From Candidatus Ozemobacteraceae bacterium (GTDB lineage: Bacteria; Muiribacteriota; Ozemobacteria; Ozemobacterales; Ozemobacteraceae): DNA of 64,000 nt. The translations under genes and the position numbers were made by a program. Below the pieces are notes generated by a model that saw only the letters and a program-made list of their open reading frames with translations, was not told where the DNA came from and ran no database searches. The stretch covers positions 64,001 to 128,000 of the forward strand of contig OZ223236.1 of the NCBI GenBank assembly GCA_965140445.1. The letters run 5' to 3'. Positions 51,537 to 60,347 of this stretch are shown here, piece by piece (the stretch's first letter is position 1; each line of letters begins with the position of its first letter).

Positions 51537-54500
51537 ATGAAAAAAATAAAGGCGAATTTACGAATAAATCCTGTAATCATTTTGGTCTCATGGTCATTAA
51601 TGGTTCTTTTGCCATTTATTTGTCTCAAGACAGCGCTTTTTGTCTTTTTTGGAATAGAGTTTTCCCAAAACAAAACTAGAATCGAACCAATTCTTTATTC
51701 TGAACTCCAAAGTTTTAGACAAGATTTGGATGAAAGAAAAATGCTTAAAGAGAAGCTATTGGAATTCGATAGCAGGCACGGCTTTAAATATTCTGAAGGC
51801 GATCTAACTTCCAAAATCGAAAAGGAGAAGATTTTATCAGCTTTGCATCTTAGAAAGCTGCTTGAGAAACATCTTAATTTTTCTGTTCTAGCCGTAATGA
51901 ATTATTCACCTGACATACAAAAAATTGATTTTAGCTTAAACACAGCCTTGCAATCCCACATCAAGCGACCACCGAAAATCATGATGAAAAGGATGTTCAG
52001 CATACTTGCTCAACAAAACCGTTGCAATCCGGTTTATCCAGAGACTTTTAAACCGGCATTTCCAGTTGGAACCGACCTCGATACCGGAACAACCAAAAAT
52101 AATTACACTGGAAATTTTCTTCAACTAACCTTTGGGACAATATTTCCGCACTATCCGAAACCTGGCCAATTGTTGGAAACAGCTGCCTCAAAAACAGGGT
52201 TAACAGGAAACATTTTCTTTTATTATTCCGAAAAAAAAATGAAAAGCAAAAACGGAGTCCATAATCTTGGTGGCTACCTTGCTGTCATAAGGCTACAAGA
52301 TATTCCAGAAAACATGATTGTTAAATTTGCAACAAAAAGGAATTTATTCCCGGACATTAAGCGAAAAACCATATTTTTAAAAAAACAACTTACCTTCCCT
52401 GAAAGTTATGAATACAAGGATATTAGTAGATTCTATGAATTTGAAGACAGGTATGCGTTAGTAACTATGCTTCCGCAAATCGCAATAGTTAGAAGAATTC
52501 AGAAAGGAACAATTCTTCCAAAATCATTCGCAGATTTCTCTAATAAAGTAGTTGCCGTTGAAACAAGCATAAGCAAAAAAAAGCTCCAACATGAACTGCA
52601 GAGATACCAAAAGGAGTTTATTTTCCTGTCATATCTTTTTATTCTATTTGGGTCTTTTCTTTTTATCCGACTATGGCTATTTGGAATGGACTTCAGCGCA
52701 TCAATCTCTCTTAAAATTTTTGCAGCAGCCTTCTGCATATGCCTGATACCAATTTCCAGTCTTTATACCTTGAACCTTGTATATATTGAACAGGAAAAAA
52801 ATGCAATTTCGGAGAACATGAAAAATTATCTTGAGTCCAAAACAGCCTATATTGAAAGAAAAGTCATAACAGAAATGAGAAACTACAGGCAAAAAACGGT
52901 TCAATTAGGAAAAACAATTCTCTCTGGGCAAAAATATGACAACCGTAGCATTGAAAAAATACTTGAACCCTGGTGTGTTAAAAATTGTGCCAACGGTGCC
53001 AACTTTCAAAAATTTGAGCAACGCTTCTTTAGCTACACAACACCTGAATGCAAAGCGGATAAAGCTTTCATGCAATCATGGGAGCTTAAGAAGATTTTTT
53101 TCAATTCAGTTGTGGAATTTATCCTAAGCTCTAAGCTGATAAATCAAAAGGCAGGAATCCCCAGTTCATTACTTACTGATGGTTCGAATAACGCGGAGAG
53201 TGTTCATCAAATGCTTTCTAGCGGGGAAAAATTAATTACGATTGCAAGGGTTTCAAAAAATAGTCGTCTTAGTGGTTATCTAATTAAGGAAATAGTAGGC
53301 AGTGAGACCCACCCAATCGCAATGCTGGCAGTAGATTACAATGTAAAAAAAGTATTGAATGAGGTTTATAAAAGTACTTTTAAGGATTTTGAATTCACCA
53401 CCAAACTTACTGACTTCACCATCGATTTGGGAATTTTTTCAGCAGACAACAATATTCTAACCCCAATTGCGCAGTGCTTTTCACCTAACCTCCAAGCCTC
53501 TCAAATTGTGAAGTTATTAGAAAAAAGAAGCGGAGTAAAGAAAAAGCTTTTCTGGAAAGAGACAACTGATAAACACTTGATATCATCTATAGTAAAATTT
53601 TCTCCACAACTTCCATTTGTCATTTTTGCTCAAAGCAAGAAAGAAATTTCATCGTCTCAAAGTAGTTCAAATGCATTTATTTGGATCTACCCTATTTTAG
53701 TTCTTTTAATTACTCTTCTTTTATCAAATCTGTTTTTCATTTCACCCACTAGAAGTTTAGCCAACAGCCTTTCAGAAATAGCCAGCGGAAATCTTAATCA
53801 TAAAATAAATCTGAAATCAAAAGATGAGTTTGAAGCTTTATCAAATGAGTTTAATCTAATGACCAAAAGTCTGATTGAAAAAGAGAAATTAGAAAAATTT
53901 GTTTCTCCCGCTCTTCTTGAAGAAATCAATAGAAATACTGAGTCGGTTATGACTCCTGGCGGCGAAAAAATTGAAGCCACTGTTCTTTTTTCATCTATCC
54001 GTAAAAAAGTGGAAACCGACGCTCCGCTTTCTCCAGAAAAAGCAGTCGCTCAGCTGGATATTTTTCTCGGAATTTGCAATGCAATCTGTACCCAGAATCA
54101 TGGAGTTATCGACAAATTGATTGGCAATACAATAATGATGGTTTTCAGAGGAAAATTCGATGACACAGATCATACCAGCCGAGCCTGCATAGCTGCTCAA
54201 CAAATTACTGAAGCACTATCTTCCCATAGCCATTTATACTGTTCATCTGGATTAAGCTCTGGCCTCGTTGTATCAGGAAAAATCGGTTCAAAAACAGGAA
54301 AACTAGATTACACCGTTATTGGCGACACAGTAAACATGGCTGCCAGACTAAAGTCACTGGCAGAAAAAGAATCAAAAAGCAGCATTATTATCTCTCAAAG
54401 CATTTTTGCAAAAGTAGATAATTCATTTATTAAAAAAGAGCTTGCCGCAGTAAAAATTAAAGGTAAGACAGGTGAATTCAGAGTTTTTGAGCTTGTTTAA
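51537..54500 (+). CDS. Membrane class III nucleotidyl cyclase (4 TM, HAMP), C2-like half
   Basis: HAMP DEFEALSNEFNLM; FSSIR and KLIGNT lack both Asp; YTVIGDTVNMAAR and KIKGK intact. Confidence 0.92.
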   Translation: MKKIKANLRINPVIILVSWSLMVLLPFICLKTALFVFFGIEFSQNKTRIEPILYSELQSFRQDLDERKMLKEKLLEFDSRHGFKYSEGDLTSKIEKEKILSALHLRKLLEKHLNFSVLAVMNYSPDIQKIDFSLNTALQSHIKRPPKIMMKRMFSILAQQNRCNPVYPETFKPAFPVGTDLDTGTTKNNYTGNFLQLTFGTIFPHYPKPGQLLETAASKTGLTGNIFFYYSEKKMKSKNGVHNLGGYLAVIRLQDIPENMIVKFATKRNLFPDIKRKTIFLKKQLTFPESYEYKDISRFYEFEDRYALVTMLPQIAIVRRIQKGTILPKSFADFSNKVVAVETSISKKKLQHELQRYQKEFIFLSYLFILFGSFLFIRLWLFGMDFSASISLKIFAAAFCICLIPISSLYTLNLVYIEQEKNAISENMKNYLESKTAYIERKVITEMRNYRQKTVQLGKTILSGQKYDNRSIEKILEPWCVKNCANGANFQKFEQRFFSYTTPECKADKAFMQSWELKKIFFNSVVEFILSSKLINQKAGIPSSLLTDGSNNAESVHQMLSSGEKLITIARVSKNSRLSGYLIKEIVGSETHPIAMLAVDYNVKKVLNEVYKSTFKDFEFTTKLTDFTIDLGIFSADNNILTPIAQCFSPNLQASQIVKLLEKRSGVKKKLFWKETTDKHLISSIVKFSPQLPFVIFAQSKKEISSSQSSSNAFIWIYPILVLLITLLLSNLFFISPTRSLANSLSEIASGNLNHKINLKSKDEFEALSNEFNLMTKSLIEKEKLEKFVSPALLEEINRNTESVMTPGGEKIEATVLFSSIRKKVETDAPLSPEKAVAQLDIFLGICNAICTQNHGVIDKLIGNTIMMVFRGKFDDTDHTSRACIAAQQITEALSSHSHLYCSSGLSSGLVVSGKIGSKTGKLDYTVIGDTVNMAARLKSLAEKESKSSIIISQSIFAKVDNSFIKKELAAVKIKGKTGEFRVFELV

Positions 54501-54526
54501 TAAAAGTTACAAAAGAGTAATATACG

Positions 54527-54575
54527 GCAAAGCAGCCTCTCAATATACGAATTACGATATGAGAAACTGCTTTGC
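54527..54575. terminator. Stem-loop between convergent cyclase and etf operons
   Basis: gcaaagcag..tctca / tgaga..ctgctttgc. Confidence 0.6.
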
Positions 54576-54579
54576 TTAT

Positions 54580-55593
54580 TTATCCGGCGTTTCTGGCAAG
54601 AGCCAGTTCTTGCTGTAGAGCTGGAATTAGCCTGGTTACATCTGTAACGATACCAAGGTCTGCATATTCAAAGATTGGGGCATCTTTGTTTTTATTTACA
54701 GCAACGATGAAGCCAGATTCTTCCATTCCCGCAACGTGCTGAATCATACCTGAGATACCGCAAGCAACGTATAGATCCGGCCTGACTGTTTTGCCGGTTT
54801 GTCCAACTTGTCTGTCCTGGTCAACCCAGCCCGCGTCAACAACTGCTCTTGAAGCAGCAACAAGGCCTCCCATTGAGCCAGCAAGCTCATTGAGCTTCTG
54901 AAAGTTTTCCGGGGTTCCCATTCCGCGGCCACCTGCAACCAGAACAGAAGCATCTTCGATATTCTTCTTTTCAACTTTTTCTATGACTTCTTCTAAAATC
55001 TCAACATTCTTATCAGCAGCTTCTATAGGGACATTCATACGAACAATTTCGCCTTTTCGGCTTGAGTCTGCTTCCAGTTTGCGCATAACACCAGGTCTCA
55101 CAGTTGACATCTGTGGGCGATGTTCAGGGCAAACAATAGTCGCCATAATATTTCCGCCAAACGCAGGACGGGTCATGAGAAGATTTCTTGACGCATCATC
55201 TACCGTTAATTCAGTACAGTCGGCAGTAAGTCCGGTCTTGCAACGCGCAGACACTCTTGGGGCGAGATCTCTGCCTATGGTTGTTGCACCAAAGAATACT
55301 ATTCCAGGGTTTTCTGAATCAATTGCTGCACATAAAGCCTTGGTATAAGGCTCGGTCATATATTGCTTATAATCTGCGCCTTCGATCAGAATTACTTTTT
55401 CTGCTCCATGCGCAATAAGATCTGAAGCCATCTTATCACTGAGATTATCGCCAACTAAAACAGCAACGAGATGTTCTTCCAAGGTATCAGCTATATTTCT
55501 TCCTATCCCGAGAAGCTCCAAAGCAACTTTCTGCACCATCCCACGTCTTTGTTCGGCAAATACCATTACGCCCTTATAATCTGAAATATTCAT
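54580..55593 (-). CDS. etfA: Electron transfer flavoprotein alpha subunit
   Basis: [39 protein letters not shown]. Confidence 0.95.
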   Translation of the reverse strand: MNISDYKGVMVFAEQRRGMVQKVALELLGIGRNIADTLEEHLVAVLVGDNLSDKMASDLIAHGAEKVILIEGADYKQYMTEPYTKALCAAIDSENPGIVFFGATTIGRDLAPRVSARCKTGLTADCTELTVDDASRNLLMTRPAFGGNIMATIVCPEHRPQMSTVRPGVMRKLEADSSRKGEIVRMNVPIEAADKNVEILEEVIEKVEKKNIEDASVLVAGGRGMGTPENFQKLNELAGSMGGLVAASRAVVDAGWVDQDRQVGQTGKTVRPDLYVACGISGMIQHVAGMEESGFIVAVNKNKDAPIFEYADLGIVTDVTRLIPALQQELALARNAG

Positions 55594-55620
55594 AGTTTTA
55601 TTCTCCTCAGTCGCAACTCA

Positions 55621-56400
55621 TCAAATGATGAACTTCTCTTTAAGGTTCTCAACAATAATCTTTGCGCCTTCTGCAGGATCAACTTCATAGACCTTACCTG
55701 CAGATCTTGTACCTTTGGTGTAAGAGGCTTTCACTCTGGTTGGGGACCCCTTAAGTCCGATATTTGCATGATCGACTTCTAAGTCTGTTAAGTTCCAAAC
55801 GGTTATTTCTTTTTGATATGAATCAAATACGCCTGCAACCGACATGTAGCGAGGTTTATTCATGTCTTTTAAAGCGGTAATCAAGCATGGATAATTTACT
55901 TTTATACGCTGATATCCATCTTCAAATACCCTCTTAACCTCTGCGGAAGAATCATTTACCTTAAGTTCAGAAACGTAACTCACATGTGGAATGTTCAAAT
56001 GTTCAGCGATTTGCGGGCCCACCTGTGCGGTGTCCCCGTCAATGGCCTGGCGTCCACATATTATCAAGTCCCACTGGATTTTTTTGAGGGCAGCAGCAAT
56101 TGTACTTGATGTAGCCCATGTGTCAGCACCGCCAAAAGCCCGGTCAGAAATAAGAATAGCTTCATCTGCGCCCATCGCAAGAGCTTCACGCAGAGCAAGG
56201 TCGGCCTGAGGAGGCCCCATAGTAAGAACAGTCACCTGAGCACCCTTCTCATCTTTCAGAGTCAAAGCAGCCTCTAAACCACTTTTATCATCTGGGTTTA
56301 TGATGCTTGGGATGCCCTCACGAATAAGAGTGCCTGTTGTGGGGTTAATTTTAACTTCCGTAGTGTCTGGAACCTGTTTCATGCATACTACTATTTTCAT
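55621..56400 (-). CDS. etfB: Electron transfer flavoprotein beta subunit
   Basis: KQVPDT, MGPPQA, DRAFGGADTWAT, GRQAIDGDTAQVGPQIAE. Confidence 0.95.
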   Translation of the reverse strand: MKIVVCMKQVPDTTEVKINPTTGTLIREGIPSIINPDDKSGLEAALTLKDEKGAQVTVLTMGPPQADLALREALAMGADEAILISDRAFGGADTWATSSTIAAALKKIQWDLIICGRQAIDGDTAQVGPQIAEHLNIPHVSYVSELKVNDSSAEVKRVFEDGYQRIKVNYPCLITALKDMNKPRYMSVAGVFDSYQKEITVWNLTDLEVDHANIGLKGSPTRVKASYTKGTRSAGKVYEVDPAEGAKIIVENLKEKFII

Positions 56401-56415
56401 TTTCCTGCCTCCAAC

Positions 56416-57555
56416 TTACTTAAGCACAGATGCTGCAATTACCATGCGCTGAACTTCTGAGGTGCCTTCATAGATTTCAGTTATCTTCGCGTCCCGCATC
56501 ATTCTTTCAACTGGATATTCACGGGTATAGCCATATCCACCATGCAGCTGAACAGCTTTTGTCGTTACTTCCATTGCAGTCTCAGAAGCAAATAATTTGG
56601 CCATGGCCGCTTCAACGCTATATGAGGCTTTAGAGTCTTTCAGGCAGGCTGCTCGGTATACCAGAAGTCTGGCGGCATCTGTTTTAGCTTGCATATCAGC
56701 TAGTTGAAACTGAGTATTCTGAAATGCAGAAATTGGTTTGCCAAATTGCTTTCTCTCTTTTACATAAGAAACAGTTTCGTCAATCGCTCCCTGAGCTATA
56801 CCAAGAGCTTGAGCAGCAATTCCGATTCTTCCCCCGTCAAGGGTTTTCATGGCAATGCCGAATCCCCGGCCTTCTTTTCCAATAAGATTTTCAACTGGCA
56901 CTTCGACATTTTCAAAAATTAGTTCACAAGTTGAAGAACCGCGAATTCCCATTTTTTCTTCTTTTTTTCCAACAGAAAAGCCCGGCATGCTTTTTTCAAC
57001 GATAAATGCTGAAATGCCTCTGGTGCCCTTACTTCTATCCGTCATGGCAAGAATTATATACACATCTGCATAACCTGCATTGGTGATGAAAATCTTTGAA
57101 CCGTTAAGAATATATTTGTCACCCTTAAGATCGGCTGTAGTTTGTTGTCCGGCAGCATCTGTTCCTGCATTTGGCTCTGTTAAACCGAATGCGCCAAGTT
57201 TTTTACCACTGGCGAGATCTGGCAGGTAGCGTTTTTTCTGCTCTTCAGTTCCAAACTCGAATATAGGAGCCGCACAAAGTGAGGAATGTGCTGAAAGAAT
57301 AACTCCCGTAGTTCCACAAACTTTTGAAAGCTCTTCAACAGCAAGAATATACGCTAAATTATCTCCACCTGCTCCACCCAGTTCCTTTGGGAAAGGAATT
57401 CCCATAAAACCAAAACGAGCCATTTTCTTAACTGTTTCTACCGGGAAAAATTCTTTTTCGTCGACTTCTTTAGCAAGAGGCTTTACTTCTTTTTCAGCAA
57501 AGTCTTTGTACATTGTTGATAATAGTTTATGTTCTTTAGTTAATTGGAAGTCCAT
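56416..57555 (-). CDS. bcd: Butyryl-CoA (short-chain acyl-CoA) dehydrogenase
   Basis: FGLTEPNAGTDA, GSKIFITN, TLDGGRIGIA, HGGYGY, TEIYEGTSEVQR. Confidence 0.92.
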   Translation of the reverse strand: MDFQLTKEHKLLSTMYKDFAEKEVKPLAKEVDEKEFFPVETVKKMARFGFMGIPFPKELGGAGGDNLAYILAVEELSKVCGTTGVILSAHSSLCAAPIFEFGTEEQKKRYLPDLASGKKLGAFGLTEPNAGTDAAGQQTTADLKGDKYILNGSKIFITNAGYADVYIILAMTDRSKGTRGISAFIVEKSMPGFSVGKKEEKMGIRGSSTCELIFENVEVPVENLIGKEGRGFGIAMKTLDGGRIGIAAQALGIAQGAIDETVSYVKERKQFGKPISAFQNTQFQLADMQAKTDAARLLVYRAACLKDSKASYSVEAAMAKLFASETAMEVTTKAVQLHGGYGYTREYPVERMMRDAKITEIYEGTSEVQRMVIAASVLK

Positions 57556-57627
57556 TTTTTACCTCGCATTCCAGTGATTCCCTGATTTCTGCATTTAGCA
57601 GCGAGAGCTTAAAAAGATTTATTCAAA

Positions 57628-58047
57628 TTAGCTGGCTCTCGCCTTTAATGATTGGATTTTGTAGCTATGTCGCTGTTTTTCTTTTGGAACAACACAGGTT
57701 CCAACTGCTTTACATACAACTATTGGTTCATCAAGAACGTCTGCAGCAGAATCATTAATCTCCTTAAGTGGAGCTATTACTTTCCGCGCTTCAAAAACCA
57801 TTTTTCTGGAGGAGTTTCCCTTTTGTACGATCTCGCCGGAAGCTTCAATATAGTCTCCAGCGTAAACTGGGGCTAAAAATTCAACTTTTTCATAGCCAGC
57901 AAAAAGTCCTTCGTCTCCATCATTTATTATTAATAATTCCGTTGCCACATCGCCAAATAGCTGAAGCATTTTTGCTCCGTCAACAAGATTTCCGCCATAA
58001 TGTGCGTCTGCACAACTCATTCGCAGCCTGATTTTAGCTTTTTCCAT
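57628..58047 (-). CDS. kal: 3-aminobutyryl-CoA ammonia-lyase (hotdog fold)
   Basis: [53 protein letters not shown]. Confidence 0.88.
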   Translation of the reverse strand: MEKAKIRLRMSCADAHYGGNLVDGAKMLQLFGDVATELLIINDGDEGLFAGYEKVEFLAPVYAGDYIEASGEIVQKGNSSRKMVFEARKVIAPLKEINDSAADVLDEPIVVCKAVGTCVVPKEKQRHSYKIQSLKARAS

Positions 58048-58065
58048 TTTATTCACCTGAATTTT

Positions 58066-58497
58066 CTAGTTTCTGGTTTCAACCATTAATGTGGCTTCTC
58101 CATCTACAACTCGCTTATCTCCGACATAGCAGGTGGTTCTAAGGGTTACGAATTTTTTTTCAGGAACAGTTCCCGTGACTTCAACTCTTGCAACAACAGT
58201 GTCGCCGACTCGAACAGGGGCCTTAAATTTAAGACTCTGGGAAACATAAATACACCCAGGTCCCGGAAGCTTTGTTCCAAGAACAGTAGAAACAAAGGCA
58301 GCCGACAGCATTCCATGGGCTATTCGGCCTTCGAACATGGTGCTTTTTGCAAAATCTTCATTTACATGAACCGGGTTAAAATCGCCAGAGATACCTGCAA
58401 ACATGATAATGTCTGCTTCGGTAACAGTTTTAGCAAAATCAGCTGACATGCCAGGGTTAAGATCTTCGAAATAGTATCCGTGTAAACCGTTGTTCAT
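58066..58497 (-). CDS. MaoC/PhaJ-like (R)-specific enoyl-CoA hydratase
   Basis: FAGISGDFNPVH, RIAHGML, LPGPG, FKAPV; ATG 58497 after AAGGAG. Confidence 0.9.
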   Translation of the reverse strand: MNNGLHGYYFEDLNPGMSADFAKTVTEADIIMFAGISGDFNPVHVNEDFAKSTMFEGRIAHGMLSAAFVSTVLGTKLPGPGCIYVSQSLKFKAPVRVGDTVVARVEVTGTVPEKKFVTLRTTCYVGDKRVVDGEATLMVETRN

Positions 58498-58559
58498 TCT
58501 GTTCTCCTTGATCTGATTGCGAAATATGAGTTCTCGCAATTTGCGCTACCATAAATAGA

Positions 58560-58715
58560 ATGTGATTTTTTTCCCAAACATCTATTCGAGACTCTTGTAA
58601 AATAAATCTAGCAATTCATTCTGTCAAGCAAAAAGTGATTATTTTCACTTGTCAACATAGCCATTTTTAAAGACTTTGCACAAACAGCGGCGCAGCATAG
58701 TGATTTTTTTCTCAA
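58560..58715. promoter_or_regulatory. Three Rex/CRP-like operator boxes upstream of maoC-kal-bcd-etf
   Basis: ATGTGATTTTTTTCCCAA 58560-77, AAGTGATTATTTTCACTT 58633-50, TAGTGATTTTTTTCTCAA 58698-715. Confidence 0.6.
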
Positions 58716-58876
58716 ACAATATTTTTCACAAACTTGAGAAAAACGACTACAATTTTGCTGAAAAATTGCTCACTGTTTTTTTTATTTATCTGGGGTAAAA
58801 TTTTTATAAAACTGAAAAACGCTTTTGGGGATCTGATTTCATCCAAGATTTCTGTCTATAGTAGGGTAAAACATTT

Positions 58877-59161
58877 GTGACCAACGAAATTATCCAAGTT
58901 CTCATAGCATTTTTCTGCATTTTTCTTAGCTACATACCAACAACAAGTATTTTTTATTGCTTGTGTGGGCACATGCCCGTTGGAGCCTGGAAGCCATCTA
59001 TAATCTCAATATTGATATGTTTACTGGGAATCTGGCACTTCAAAAGACCATACATCCTCGTTTTCACATTACTTTTAATTCTACTTTACGGGGCATGGGT
59101 TATGGAAAGGACATGGACTGATCCACATCTTCACGCTATTCAAAACAGTCTTGTACACTAA
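58877..59161 (+). CDS. Small membrane protein
   Basis: GTG start after AGGG; three hydrophobic segments. Confidence 0.55.
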   Translation: MTNEIIQVLIAFFCIFLSYIPTTSIFYCLCGHMPVGAWKPSIISILICLLGIWHFKRPYILVFTLLLILLYGAWVMERTWTDPHLHAIQNSLVH

Positions 59162-59285
59162 GTTTTTACTAAATCTTAGAAATCTTCGAACTTTCTGTAT
59201 TGCACTTTGTAATGCAGAGTTTTTGCGTGCTATATTTTATTAAACGACATTAAAGCTAGCGAATAAATTCTTTTTAGGGGAAATC

Positions 59286-59910
59286 ATGAGAAAATTCTTT
59301 CCAGCAATTGTGTTTTCATTTTTAACATGCATTATCTTTTGTACTGGGTGTGGCAGTATTAGTAAAGAAGATGCGAAGTTAGCCCTTGAAAAAAAAAGAT
59401 TACAAAACAGCCTTAAAAGCCTTCAAAACACTGGCGAAACAAGGTGATGGCTACAGTCAGATGATGGTAGGGGCAATGTATTTCGGTGGGAACGGCGTTG
59501 CCAAGGATAATTATGAGGGCCTGGACTGGTATAAAAAAGCTGCCAAAAGCGGTTATACCGAAGCACAATTTAGACTCGGATCAGTTTTGCTTAGTGGTGT
59601 TGGAGGCATTCCAATGGATTCAGCTGAAGGAGAGAAATGGTTGCTAACTGCAGCAGAAAAAGGACACGAAGAAGCTCAAAATTTCCTGGCCCTTTCCTAC
59701 TCAACCGGAATGGGATTAAAAAAGAATAATGCACAGGCATATTTCTGGTGGACTATTCTTTCAGAACACGGAAAAAACAAAGAGCTAAAAAAGGAAGCAA
59801 AAGAACATCTTGGCGATCCAATGAGCTATTCATCGTATGTAACCAAGCTATCATCAAGCGACTACAATGCCATGAATAAAAAAGCCAAAAACTGGAAACC
59901 AAAAAACTAA
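59286..59910 (+). pseudogene. Sel1-repeat lipoprotein interrupted by a +1 frameshift in an A9 tract
   Basis: ATG 59286 gives MRKFF...FCTGCGSISKEDAKLALEKK; the Sel1 repeats (GNGVAKDN...WYKKAAKSG..EAQ) continue in another frame; A8 would join them. Confidence 0.75.
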
Positions 59911-59942
59911 ACACGAATTGGTCATTTTCAGGAGATTTTGAA

Positions 59943-60323
59943 ATGGACAAGTTATTAGCGGAAGCCAAAAAAGTTTTGGGCAACTTTAAACTGAATAATG
60001 GAAACTGTTTTTTTGCAGGCTCTGTGGCTGCAGCACTAGAGACCTCAAACGGCAATATTTTTACCGGAATTTGTATCGATGTCGCCTGCGGTATTGGTTT
60101 TTGCGCTGAACACTCTGCAATAGCTGAAATGCTTAAAAACAGAGAAACCCGAATAATTAAAATACTTGCGATTTCAAAAGATGGCTTTTTGCCCCCCTGC
60201 GGTAGATGCAGGGAGCTTATTTCTCAAATAGATAAGAATAATATCGAGACCAAAGTCTACTTATCAGAAAACGAATGCGTAACATTGGATGAGTTGCTTC
60301 CAAAACGTTGGCAGCCAAGCTAA
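59943..60323 (+). CDS. Cytidine deaminase family protein
   Basis: CAEHSAIA and PPCGRCRE zinc motifs. Confidence 0.88.
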   Translation: MDKLLAEAKKVLGNFKLNNGNCFFAGSVAAALETSNGNIFTGICIDVACGIGFCAEHSAIAEMLKNRETRIIKILAISKDGFLPPCGRCRELISQIDKNNIETKVYLSENECVTLDELLPKRWQPS

Positions 60324-60347
60324 GATTTAATTAAACAGAGGGCAATA

